Positions 22,968 through 34,841 of a stretch of DNA of 64,000 bases are shown here, piece by piece. How positions within the stretch are numbered: the first letter of the stretch is position 1; every line of letters starts with the position of its first letter. The stretch spans positions 682,001 through 746,000 of the forward strand of contig CATNEN010000015.1 in the NCBI GenBank assembly GCA_950097015.1, written 5' to 3'. Origin of the DNA: Macrostomum hystrix (Eukaryota > Animalia > Platyhelminthes). Both the position numbers and the translations under genes were made by a program. Under the pieces are notes generated by a model. It was not told the origin of the DNA, did not search any database, and saw only the letters and a program-made list of their open reading frames with translations.

Positions 22968-24327
22968 CTACGGGTGTGTCATAAGTAATGTCACTGTGGT
23001 TGTTGTGCGGGAACCCAAAGCAATAATCATCCAAATATATTATATTCTGAAAGTACATTTATTGAGAAGTTGCCACCACACCTGAGCAGCAATTTTAATG
23101 TCTATGGCCAAAACTGTCGCAAGAATTTGTTAATCAGATTCAGCAAGCGCAACGCGATGAAATCTTATTTTTGCAACGAGCAAAACTCAACATGAATCAC
23201 GACAAGACGCACATCCAGTTCTACGCTTTCATTCGCTTCAAGCTTGGAAAATCTGCACTTGAAGTAGAGGAGGATCTCCGGAACACACTGCCAGACAACT
23301 GCCCAACTCGCAGGACAATTTACAGGTGGTTTCAGAACTTTACTGATCCTGGATTCGAATTGGGAGATGCCGCCAGATCTGGACGACCATGTTCAACCAG
23401 GACAATAGAGAATATCGAAGTCATCAGCGACCTGGTCAAGGAAGACCCGCGGCAGTCTGTCAGGTAGCTAGCGGACTGCTTGGAGATTGATTTCAAGACA
23501 GTCTATCGCATCTTGACAGAGGATCTCCATCTCCGAAACGTCTGCTCGGTCTGGGTGCCCCATGACCTCACTGCGGACCAACGTCAGGCCCGTGTGAACT
23601 GCGCCAATCAGATCCGCAAGGTGTTCAGCAGCCGGGGCTTGGATGACATCCTAAACTGCCTGGTTGTTGAGGATGAGACCTGGCTCCACCTGGATGGCAA
23701 AAGCAGCAAGGCAGACAATCGCTGCTGGCTGGGAGCTGGGGACTCCAGGCTGACTGTGACCAGGAGGTCCATCTCAGACAAGAAGACCATGCTGCTGGTG
23801 GCATTCACGCCAAACAAACGAGTCTCCATCTGTACAACTCCGCCAAACACCAAGGTCGATGGCCAGTACTTCATCGACTTTGTCCGACACACTGGGAACC
23901 TCTGGCGCACGCTCCGGTCAAACCCGATTCACCTGAACGAAGTTCTGTGGCAGATGGACAACGCACGGCCCCACACCTGTCAGGCTGTTTCGGATTTTCT
24001 GGCTGGACGGCGAGTAAATCTGCTCTGGCAGAGTCCCTACAGCCCAGACTTCAACTTGTGCGACAGGTTTCTCTTTAAATGGCTGAAGGCAGACTTTTCC
24101 CAGAGAAGTTTCGCAAACCATGATGAGGTCAAAGAAGCCGCGTTGCACAGGTTCCGACAGCTGGAGGAAAAACACCTGCAGGCTGAGGTAGAGAAGCTGT
24201 ACGAGCACTGCCAGAGGGTGATTGATATTGGGGGACACTATGTTGTTGATTGATACAGTTTCGTTCATCTGCGATTGTTAGTTGGTCTGTTTTACCCTCA
24301 GTGACATTACTTATGACACACCCGAAG
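22968..24327 (+). mobile_element. Mariner (DD34D) element, 1360 bp, 29-bp TIRs, TA TSD
   Basis: TIR ctacgggtgtgtcataagtaatgtcactg (22968-22996) vs cagtgacattacttatgacacacccgaag (24299-24327, 1 mismatch). TA at 22966-22967 and 24328-24329. Confidence 0.93.
23192..24253 (+). pseudogene. Mariner transposase interrupted by one in-frame TAG (23465-23467)
   Basis: ORFs 23171-23467 and 23480-24253 are in the same frame. Motifs RSGRP, WVPHDL, EDETW, QMDNARPH and YSPDFNLCD, with 34 residues between the 2nd and 3rd D. Confidence 0.9.
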
Positions 24328-25170
24328 TATTTCCCTCTTGGCTGAGATTCGAACTCCCGACGTTTCATTCAAAGTCCGAAACTCTTATCACTGGGTTACA
24401 AACATCAGCAATAAGTTGCATGAGATATTTTACTGAATTATTTATACCTGTCTCAATCGTTACTTTTATATGCAGCAAATATGAAGCCAAATTTGCAGTA
24501 TCGTTTCTCTGAGTCTGCTCTTATCTGAACTTGCTGTGCACTTTCTTAGGTTTAATTTTCAACTAGACTTGACCAGCTTAGCTTAGAATCTGCTTTCTAG
24601 ACGAAGCAGTCATCGCACTAGTGTGAAATGGCTTTGAAAAATAAAAGAATCGTACTAAAACACAATGATTTCACTGCATTGAATTGCTTCAGGTGTGAAA
24701 GCAATTGTCAAAAAAGCAAGCCAGGCAGTAAAACTTGCAATAAGGGTCGTTTTTGCTTAAAAAGCCTTTATTGTCAGCAATTGCGCGCTTGACTGCGCAT
24801 CTGGATGAAAATTCGTGACCTCAGATGGAGCTGGCTAAGAGCTCAGGGTTATTGTTCTTAAGGAAACTCAGACACAGGATCGCTTCTCATTCGTGTCAAC
24901 CTCCGCATCCCTAGCTGAGCAGCCCGTGTCTTTTTCAGCCGCGCACGTAGAGATCCCAGTCAGGGCCGCTCAGGCTGGCTGGCGGGTAGGCGAACGCGAG
25001 CAGGTGGCACGTGAGGAGTCGCTGTGAGAACACGGCAGCCTGACAGTCGTCTCTGGCGCTGCACTGGAGCAGGCAGTCAGCGTCCGTCTTGGCGGTGGCC
25101 GGCCAGAACGAGGTCTGCGAGGTCGCGACTGTCAGGCCGGATCCGCTCGCAACCGTGTACACGTTCCTGT
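24328..25170. repeat. Local segmental duplication unit (near-identical to 27096-28034)
   Basis: 24328-24830 matches 27096-27596 almost base for base. 24831-25170 matches 27688-28034. Copy B has a ~90-bp extra segment at 27597-27687. Confidence 0.9.
24331..24400 (-). mobile_element. tRNA-like SINE head fragment (copies at ~27100-27165 and a related one at ~58464-58520)
   Basis: Minus strand taacccagtgataagagtttcggactttgaatgaaacgtcgggagttcgaatctcagcc has A-box/B-box-like motifs and a Gln(TTG)-like ggactttgaat loop. No complete cloverleaf could be built. Confidence 0.5.
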
Positions 25171-25650
25171 CTGAATACAAGAGGAGGAACGCATGTTTTT
25201 CGATGGCCTGACTCTTTCCAAGCTTCATGTTCTCCTGCTCAAAGCAGACCACTCACCCGCGTAGGTCAGACCAAACACCGAATTGTGATTGGCAGCCCCG
25301 CATCTCTGCATTGAGTTTCCGGAGCAGACTGTGGCACAATTTTCATCCGCAGAGTTGCCCTGCGATCCGTAGGAGTTGGCGCAGAAGCACTGCTGACCCA
25401 CTTGGATTCCGAAGTAGCGGAAGCCGCCTAGAGAGCACACTTGGCTGCACAATTCGTGAGTCATGCTCAAACTTCTGAAGTAGCCGCCGTTCAAGATGTT
25501 GAACGCGCCGATGCTGCCCACTCCGCTGAGGCCGCTCAGGTCTCTAGTCGAGTTGGTGTTGTCCACGAAGCAGCCTAGGTATGAGATGTTGGCAACTCGG
25601 CCGGCCACTCCGCTCAGCAGCGCACAGAGCAGAAGGAGCTGCCGAAACAT
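24935..25650 (-). CDS. Secreted WSC-domain + PAN/apple-like protein, copy A, 2 exons (25650-25257, 25170-24935), 209 aa
   Basis: Signal peptide MFRQLLLLCALLSGVAG. WSC pattern YLGCF.D...MT.ELC..VC...GFRYFGIQ.GQQCFC...C...C.G...CG. Phase-1 GTGAGT..TTCAG intron. Exon 2 has a C-x3-C-x5-C-x-A-x2-F...C-H-L PAN motif. AATAAA on minus at 24767-24772. Confidence 0.85.
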
Positions 25651-27798
25651 TCTCTGTTTTGACAGATGACGTCTTGGCAGGCAGGTCACTGCATGGATGC
25701 TTTATATTCAGAATTCTGCACCCAATGGCGTGAGGTTCTTCGTGATTTAGTAGCCAGGTGAGACTAGAATCCAAGGAGTGTCATGGGATTTCATTGGGAA
25801 AATCCCCTCAGTTGGATGAGGCGACGGTGGGACAGAGCTGCCGTTCACCCCTGGTTTGATTAATTAGATTTGCTGGAGCTTTCTAGAGCTAGCACCATAG
25901 GGTAATTATTTGCTAAAAAGAGTTCAGTCATACAAAAAATAGATGTACGCTGCGACCAAAAGGAAGAATTGGGTAAGAATTTAGGGCAGAGCATAGATGC
26001 AGGTGCGTGTTCTGTGAACACTTGGGGTGGGGATCAGTGATGAGGCAGCGAGCTATTATTTTGGTAACAATAGCACGACATTTTGGCGCCAAAGGTTGTA
26101 ACGGCAGGGAACTTCAATCATGTGTAAACAGTTAGGTTGCAAGAGTTTCTGGTGAGTTTGATTGGCTCGTGAGCGTATGATTGATGATGCTTGTGACTGT
26201 ATTGGGATGGTGGAAAACTGCTTGCAATGCTGCATTCCAGAAGCAAAAGCTTTCCAGAACTCTCCAGGATTTTCCTGAATCCTTCGGTCAGCCAAAAGTC
26301 CATCTGTCTCGCAACATGTGTACCTGACGTCAGCGTTGATCTGCGGGTGCCTCGAGTGACTTGGCTGCATTTATTTTGTGAGGCGGTTGTCAAGACCGTC
26401 CTGCAGTAAAACACCGAAACCTGGACGCTGAAGGGCTCGCTCGAACAGCAAGTCGACGCGCACCGCAGCGACGCTCAGCGTCGAGCGATCGAGTTGCCAA
26501 CTCGGCCTGGCATGTCCAAGTGGGCTTCTGCGTCTTCGTCGAATGCCGGCGTCATCAAGGCTGGTTGACGCTGGTAGCCCAACACTTTGCCGGTGGCGCG
26601 GTCTTCGTTCCCATGACAACGTGCAATATTTTTATTGCCTAAGTTTTGTGTACTACTGCCAGTATTATGTCATGAATAGTTGCTTGAAACAATAAACTCA
26701 CGCAAAATCTGGATACGCCCAGATGCGGCCTCGTTAATTTTATATTGTCCGAATTTTTAGTTCGGCTTTATTCTTGTTTTCTGAAATACAAACACGCCAT
26801 TATAATTCTCAGGCAAAAGTTTTTCAACATTCCCAACCAAAGTCTGTCACTTAATTGATCTACTAAAATGTCGCTTGGATTTCAGGTCTAATGCAATGCT
26901 ATTGTTAAGCAGGTATGCAAATTGAAATTAAGCCTAAATCTTGGACTCGATGAACAATCATGCATTTATTTTGTGGCGAGATCGAAGGGCTTGTGTGCAG
27001 CCTTTCAGTCCATGGACTGCGTGGGCGCCACTCTCACCAAAATTTCTACCCCAGCTGAAGCTGGTACGCACTTATCAGGTCACAGGGACGTAAATTATTT
27101 CCCTCTTGGCTGAGATTCGAACTCCCGACGTTTCATTCAAAGTCCGAAACTCTTATCACTGGGTTACAAACATCAGCAGCTAAGTTGCATGAGATATTTT
27201 ACTGAATTATTTATATACCTGTCTCAATCGTTACTTTTATATGCAGCAAATATGAAGCCAAATTTGCAGTATCGTTTCTCTGAGTCTGCTCTTATCTGAA
27301 CTTGCTGTGCACTTTCTTAGGTTTAATTTTCAACTAGACTTGAGCAGCTTAGCTTAGAATCTGCTTTCTAGACGAAGCAGTCATCGCACTAGTGTGAAAT
27401 GGCTTTGAAAAATACAAGAATCGTACTAAAACACAATAATTTCAATGCATTGAATTGCTTCAGGTGTGAAAGCAATTGTCAAAAAAACAAGCCAGGCAGT
27501 AAAACTTGCAATAAAGGTCTTTTTTGCTTAAAAAGCCTTTATTGTCAGCAATTGCGCGCTTGACTGCGCATCTGGATGAAAATTCGTGACCTCAGCCTAA
27601 TCTTTTTGCATTCGTAAATTTGCGTGTCATTTTGCAGCTCCTGCTGCTGCTGGTTTGAATATCGAGCTCGTAGGATTCGACTTCGCAAAATGAAATGGAG
27701 CTAGCTAAGAGCTCAGGGTTATTGTTCTTAAGGAAACTCAGGATCGCTTCTCATTCGTGTCAACCTCCGCATCCCTAGCTGAGCAGGCGGTGTCTTTT

Positions 27799-28605
27799 TC
27801 AGCCGCGCACGTAGAGATCCCAGTCGGGGCCGCTCAGGCTGGCTGGCGGGTAGGCGAACGCGAGCAGGTGGCACGTGAGGAGCCGCTGTGAGAACACGGC
27901 AGCCTGACAGTCGTCTCTGGCGCTGCACTGGAGCAGGCAGTCAGCGTCCGACTTGGCGGTGGTCGGCCAGAACGAGGTCTGCGAGGTCAGGACTGTCAGG
28001 CCGGATCCGCTGGACCTTGTGTAGATGTTTCTGTCTGAAAGGGAGTTAGGGCAAATCAGGCTAAAAGGTTTGTTCCTTGCTCAGTTGGATCAAATAGTTG
28101 GAATTGTTCACTCTCAAAACCTTGGAAGCCTCTTGCAATTCGCAAACTCGCTCGCACTGATATACACGTCTGCAGGCCAACCAGTGCACTCACCGACATA
28201 GATCAGAGCGAAGACCGAGTTGCGGTTGAAGCCTCCGCACTTCTGCAACGGATCGCCGGTGCACGGGGATCCGCACTGGGCCTCAATGGCCGTACCCTGC
28301 GATCCGTAAGACTTGCCGCAGAAGCAATGTTTGCCGTTTTGCACTCCGAAGTAGGCGAAGCCAGCCAGTGAGCAGACGCCACTGCAGAATTCCCGGGACA
28401 TTGCAGTGGCGCTGAACACATTGCCATGCGAAGAATCGACAGAATATTGTCCAAGACGTCCAAACCCGCGGAGTCCGTTGAGGTCCCTCACCAAATTCGT
28501 GCTATCTACAAAGCATCCGACGTACGAGATGTTGTACACTCTACCTGCCACAGTTGCCAAGAGAGCGCACAACGGAACTAGCGACAACTGCTTGATTGCG
28601 AACAT
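27799..28605 (-). CDS. Secreted WSC-domain + PAN/apple-like protein, copy B, 2 exons (28605-28194, 28034-27799), 215 aa
   Basis: Same architecture and the same phase-1 intron position as copy A. Signal peptide MFAIKQLSLVPLCALLATVAG. Confidence 0.85.
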
Positions 28606-30610
28606 CTTTCACAATTTGCTTGAATGCTTGAAAACTGACTTAAGAGGCAACGCTTTCAAAATTGGCCTTCTTTTAAGCAGGCATTGTTAAAGTCTTGTGG
28701 CTTTTCCCTGACTTTGTATTTGTATTTGTCGAAAAAAGCTGAACCAATTAAAATTGTCTAGCTTATTGTATAGTAATAGTGGGGATAATTGTCATGTCTA
28801 CTCGTTCAACTACAGAAAAGCAGATCGCAAGTGTTTGCAAGTCGTCAGTGTGGCACTACCTTTTTAGTATTACTTGCGAGCAGCTCAACCAGGAGAACAG
28901 TCAGTTATGATTTAAGCAACCCAACTACCGTAGCTCGTTTCCAATGCACCTCCAGCTGAATTGGCTCTCTCTTGCTACAGCTTGAGATTCGTAGCAGTTC
29001 TCAAAGTTTGCTGAATTGTCACACAAAGCAGCTGTAGCCATTAAGTCTGCAGACACTGCGTATACTGTCTGTTCTCAGACTAGCTTTTACGAGGAATTCT
29101 GAAGCCACTAGTTAAAGAACCTGAAACCCAGTTACCTCACGTACGAGCGTAGTTGGTGTGGTTGCCTATGCATGAAGACATTGGCATCGCGGTGTGACTT
29201 CAGGCAAAGTCTTCAATCGACTTCACTTTAACAAAAAAAGTTCCCGCGTCGTCAATCCTTAACTTACTGGCGGTCCAGGTTCATATATTAGAAAACGCCA
29301 AAAAACTCACCACACTTTCCTTTGATTTAGTGATCTGTTTTCATCGATGATGAACGTTTGATATCAAAAGAGCTTTTTCAATATTTTCTCCTCGGAAGTC
29401 AAGGAAAAGGCCTTCTGACTGTAAGCTCCAGAGGACTTTATTGAGGGAGATTAAAAGTTCTTGCTGCGCATCACATGACTGATGCACTTTAGATCCACCG
29501 CTCATTGTAGTTTACTGTTTATTCGCACTTCCCGTTTGGCTCGGACTGAAGCAGATGCAGATTTTCAATCCAGTCAGTTCCTGTCGCTGTTTCCTCTTCC
29601 ACGGACAACAACATTCACTTCTGAAGTGCATTTGAATTCTAAGGGAAAAAGTTGCTGAAATCACTTCCTAACACCCGGCCGATAGCCCGACAATGATACA
29701 ATGAGCTCTGAATGTAGAACCAGGAGAGGCTGACTACGGGCCTGTCCCACCTATGCACTGAGCAAGAGAACTCTGATGCGCTTTTTTGGAAAACACCGAA
29801 AAATCCCTTTTCTTACAACAGATTTTTTCAAACTTGTTTTGCATTCCTAGAATAGCCGAACAAATTATCGATATTTCACAATCGTTGCTGAAGCTCGCTT
29901 GTCTGCCTGTTTTAACAAGCGAGCTGTGTTCAAAGGAAGTTAAAGAAAAATGATCGCAATTTTTTATTAATCACAAAGATTTAGGTTTTTGGTTTTAGGC
30001 ACAGCAGATGCACAAGCTTCAGCAGAAAAGTAGAGATGCTATTCAGCTTTTTAATAAAACAAAAATTGTGAAAAAAAATTGTCATAAGAAGCGAAAGGTA
30101 TCAGCATTTTTTCAAGTAGTGTTTGAATTATCTTTCACAGCCTTCGTAAGATAAGCGTGATCCAAGTTCCTACCTCACCTGTGTGATTTTCAGTCCTTAA
30201 TTTTGAACTTCAGGATACGCAAGTTTTACAAGTAGAGGCCAAAAATACATCAAAGTAAAACAAATTGTTACGATTCGAATGCTCGCAGGAAAAAAACAGA
30301 AGACAAAAGTATATTATTATTTTATCAAAAAACACAAAAACGTCATAAAGGCTAAAACATGTTATTGAATGGCATTGCGTACAGTGCATTAGCAATGTAC
30401 AGTTATGAAATTGAATTTTGAAAACGTTTTTAGACTCGTGAATGGTCATCAATTTGCGATCAATTTGCTGGGACTGCAATACGATTCTCATAAAAATTAT
30501 AGCCCCTGTGCATAAAAACGCGAGATGTCTCTTAAACCTCAGGTAACTCAGACACAGGATCGCTTCTCATTCGTGTCAGCTTCTGCGGACACGAGCAGGC
30601 GGTGTCTTTT

Positions 30611-30844
30611 TCAGCCGCGCACGTAGAGAGCCCAATCGGGGCCGCTCAGGCTGGCTGGCGGGTAGGCGAACGCGAGTAGGTGGCAGGTGAGCAGCCGCTG
30701 TGAGAACACGGCAACCTGACAGTTGTCTCTGGCGCTGCACTGGAGCAGGCAGTCAGCGTCCGACTTGGCGGTTGTCGGCCAGAACGAGGTCTGCGAGGTC
30801 AGGACTGTCAGGCCGGATCCGCTGGACCTTGTGTAGATGATTCT
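30611..30844 (-). pseudogene. Orphan third copy of the PAN/apple exon; no WSC exon found upstream
   Basis: Open reading RIIYTRSSGSGLTVLTSQTSFWPTTAKSDADCLLQC...LYVRG*. The putative acceptor (tttag) is one base short of the phase-1 junction used by copies A and B. A SINE lies immediately upstream. Confidence 0.7.
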
Positions 30845-30888
30845 TCTAAATTGGGCGTAGGATTTAGTTTAGATTATGCCAGACTGTC

Positions 30889-31253
30889 GGGGGCGGGTCG
30901 GTGGCAGAGCGTCTGGCACGTTTGCCTCTCGCATCAAGGTCCCTGATCTCGATTTCACTGCGAGGCCACATTCATTTGGGGCGCAGCCCTGGAGAGAAGG
31001 CTTGAGGGCTTGACGGGCAGTTCATACCCTTTTGAGGGCCAACCTCCAAGGCACAGTGGCAGCGTACACTGCCTGGCGATGAGAAAGTCAGGGCAGATGT
31101 ACATAACTGTGTGAGTGTGCCTGCGTACGGTATCTGTGTGCGTTTGTGCTCAGGAGTCAGCGAAATGGGCGGAATTGCCTCCTCGCTAGCTGCGGGTCTA
31201 GTGTCACCAAATGATGTGCCATTGCCCGCAGCCCTCCTGCAATTATTATTATT
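30889..31253 (+). mobile_element. tRNA-derived SINE (~365 bp) with 16-bp TSD and (ATT)n tail
   Basis: TSD attatgccagactgtc at 30873-30888 and 31254-31269. Head ggggcgggtcggtggcagagcg...aaggtccctgatctcgatt. Inverted copy at ~51885-52220; fragments at ~10973-11000, ~35580-35640 and ~36826-36900. Confidence 0.82.
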
Positions 31254-32379
31254 ATTATGCCAGACTGTCTTCTAATTTTTGGATAAATTCAGGTTTTTGT
31301 TTGACGCGGTGTCCGCTTGGGTGCTAGCAATTTGGTCACCTTTCTGACTCACCTAATTAGAGAAAAACCAGGGCTTCTCCGTCTTGATGTTAAAATGCTT
31401 TCTTTTTAATTTGTCCTTATAGGGCCAGATGTGCTGCCGAAACCGTGACCATCAAGTCGTGAATCCGACACTGAAACCTTTAAGCTCTTACCTTTTTGCA
31501 GCAAAATAACACGACGTTGTTTGCCTAAAACTCTGGCTTAACATCCGAAATTTTTTAGAGTAAAGAAACTCTTTCCTTTTGTTTTTGATCGCTCAAAAGC
31601 ATCTTTCGATGAAAATGTCCAGTTTACATCTCTCGTGACCCATCTCATAATACTTAGATTTAGATTATAATACTTAGAAGTATGAAAATGTAAGCCTACG
31701 GTTCTACTGTTCTCGTATTTATAGCATATAAGATTTAAAGACTTTGTAGTCTTCCTGAAGGACTTTGGCAATGTTTGTGTGTGTCTGTGTGTGTGTGCGG
31801 GCCATGCAGCCGGCTAGGAGGGGAGACAGCCCGCTGCGCAGCTGTTGTCTGCCTGAGTAGGATTTCCTGAGTGTCGCGAACTGATCTGTAGCCTCGCGAC
31901 GCTCTCCTTCCATCCTTTCCCGCCTATCAATTCTCATGCTTATCTGTCAAGGCATGCAGGCATGGCAAGCAAGGCATGAATAAAAGAAATTGAACGCGTA
32001 GCATTAAACCGTGGCACAAAAGAGAATCGCATCATTAAGGCACTAATTCTGCATTAAAAAATTGACAAGAACTGTAAATGGGTTGGATGCGTGGCCAGCC
32101 AGTTGTACATTGCCGGACCACTTAACCTCAATATTTAGAAGCACACGATTAAAGTCATATGGATTACTGTCAATTAATCTGGGCACACTGGATGATGCGG
32201 CGCCAAGCAGCGATGCCGTAGATTCCTCCGAATTCCGCGGTCAGGACGCGCAGGCCCGGACGAACAGGTCGGTCAAAGGAGGCCCCCTTCACGCAGGGAC
32301 TATGCCAAGTGCCGTCTCGACGTGCGCACTCGGCCCTTCGGGTTTTTTGAGCGGGCAGCAGACCAACCCCGAGGTGTCT

Positions 32380-32736
32380 CGCCACCGGCTTCTTCTGTCG
32401 GGGGACATTGAGCAAAATCCCCGTCCTTCCCAGGCCGACGTCCGCATCTTGCAATGGAACCTCAACAGTCTGAGGATGCGGCGTCTGAGGATGCTCGAAG
32501 AGCTGAAAGTCGACGTCGTTGTCCTGCAAAAATCAAACCTCACTGCGCAAGACCTCGCACCCATCCTGGATGGCTTCTCCAAGCTCCTCCGAGACCGCAT
32601 CGTCCTCCGGAGGGCGGGCGGCCTTCTCACAATTTGCCCACGAGGAGGTGGTCGGAGCCTTGAGAATTCTAGAGACTGCCCGGCTCATCAGCCCGTGATA
32701 AACGAGACGGCAGGCTCCATTCCGCCACCTAGTTAA
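32380..32736 (+). mobile_element. Degenerate non-LTR retrotransposon ORF2 5' fragment: 2A-like peptide followed by APE endonuclease N-terminus
   Basis: RLLLSGDIEQNPRP followed by VRILQWNLNSL...KVDVVVLQKS (APE motifs WN and QE, with E>K). Confidence 0.7.
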
Positions 32737-32859
32737 GGCCTGACTACGTAGTGGTGACTTTCGAGACGGTTTGCACATCCTCGATTATCAAGACGATCGA
32801 GCAGCTCGCAGAGCGACAGAGAAGAAGTTTTCTGCCTGGCCGCAAACGAGGTACCATTA

Positions 32860-33600
32860 CTCGACACCTCCCTCAAGGCAGGCAACTGAAGGCGCTCATC
32901 GATAGCGGCGCGAGCTGCAACGTTATCGGCATGACAACTTTCCTAAAACTGGAGACAGCCAAGACGCGCCTTGTTCGATCAACACAGTTGCTGCACACGC
33001 TTGGCACAAGATCACCTCTAGAAACGGCAGGCAGAGCTCAGGTCCCAGTCAACATCTGCGGCTCAGAGGGCCTGGTCAACTTCGCGGTAGGGCACAAATC
33101 TGGAGAAAAGCTGGACGCGAAACATATCGGCAGGCAGTGTCGTACAAACAGCCTCTACACCACAACTGACTCAGCGCCAGAGACCGTCGGGTTCGAATTC
33201 CTCGCGCCCGGCACTTCATGGTAGTTGTCGACCATCGCTCACGCTACCCAGTGGTTGTGGCCATGAAATTGATGACAGCAGAAGCCACTATCAAACAACT
33301 GCAGCAGATCTTCGGGACGTTCGGAACCCCTAGACAGGTTGTTTCCGACAACAGCCCGCTATTCGCATCAAAAGCGTTGAACAGCGTTATCAAAAGTCTC
33401 AGGATCAGCCATCTGTATGCATCAGACGATACCACGGCAAAGAAAATTGCATTGCAGAGCAACTAAATCGGTCCTTCAGCAAGCTGCTCTGCATTTCTGA
33501 AGAATGAGAAACAGATTGGCGAGCTGCGCTGCGGTTTAACGCAACACACCACACACCGTCACGGGAATCTCCCCCGCCGATCTGATGTTCGGAATGTCAG
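32860..33600 (+). mobile_element. Degenerate Ty3/Gypsy-type pol fragments: aspartic protease and integrase core, RT/RNase H absent
   Basis: LKALIDSGASCNVIG (protease). VVVDHRSRYP...IFGTFGTPRQVVSDNSPLFAS (rve core). Frameshifted continuation ..NTPHTVTGISPADLMFG at ~33540-33592. Confidence 0.75.
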
Positions 33601-33684
33601 TCGATGGCAGCATCTGGTGTCAAAATAAAGCGAACCGCTAACATCCAGACAGATTTAATACAAATCCAGGCTCAGAAACGATAG

Positions 33685-34375
33685 AAATCGAGACTCGGAA
33701 TGGATAGATATCTAGGCTCAGAATTGATAGATATCTAGGCTCAGAATTGATAGATATCGAGACTCGGAATGGATAGAAATCTAGGCTCGGAACGGATAGA
33801 TATCTATGCTCAGAATTGGCTGATATCTAGGCTCAGCATTGATAGTTGTCTTTACTCAGAATTGGTAGATATCTAGGCTCGGAATAGATCGATATCTAAG
33901 CTTAGGATTGATAGATTTCAAGGCTCAGAATTGATTGATATCTAGGCTCAGCATTGATAGATATCTAGGCTAAGAATCGATTAGATATCTAGGCTAAGAA
34001 TCGATTAGATATCTAGGCTAAGAATCGATTAGATATCTAGGCTAAGAATCGATTAGATATCTAGGCTAAGAATCGATTAGATATCTAGGCTAAGAATCGA
34101 TTAGATATCTAGGCTAAGAATCGATTAGATATCTAGGCTAAGAATCGATTAGATATCTAGGCTAAGAATCGATTAGATATCTAGGCTAAGAATCGATTAG
34201 ATATCTAGGCTAAGAATCGATTAGATATCTAGGCTAAGAATCGATTAGATATCTAGGCTAAGAATCGATTAGATATCTAGGCTAAGAATCGATTAGATAT
34301 CTAGGCTAAGAATCGATTAGATATCTAGGCTAAGAATCGATTAGATATCTAGGCTAAGAATCGATTAGATATCTA
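33685..34375. repeat. Minisatellite: degenerate 23-bp units grading into ~17 perfect 24-bp units
   Basis: gatatctaggctcagaattgata variants (33685-33960), then gatatctaggctaagaatcgatta (33960-34375). Confidence 0.95.
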
Positions 34376-34841
34376 ATTTAAAGTTAGAAAAGGTCCTAAC
34401 TACCCAGAAATTTTTTAAAACATTAAATGCGTGATCAAAAACGGTAGAAAATTATTTTATGAGCTTAACTGTGTTTATCTTGGCTCGTGATACAATGCAA
34501 TCAACCGCACCATCGATGGTGCTCAAAATGCAAGTGCTCAAAAAACTGACGAATTCGATGGCTATAGAGCATGTTTGCAGGAGCTTTTCTCAAACTTTCA
34601 TCGTGTCGACTCAAGCTAAAGGGATTCAAGTTATATTTGCAGCTAAACTGCTTTTGGAGGATAGGTAGATAGTTTATGTACACAAGATAGAGTTGTGTAC
34701 ATACTCAATGCTCTCTTGAAAACAAAAACAATTCTAAGAAACATCGAGTACTAAAAAACAAACTGAGTTAGGATAACGAACACAACATTAACCCCGAGAA
34801 TGATAGCGTTGGCTGCATTGAGACTGTCAGCCGCGAAGCTC

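Noticed and set aside
24331-24400. tRNA-Gln gene
   Set aside because: Acceptor and T stems do not pair into a full cloverleaf, and related copies are dispersed. Treated as a SINE head.
26050-26620. Short ORFs between WSC-PAN copies A and B
   Set aside because: No recognisable motif and no convincing exon chain.
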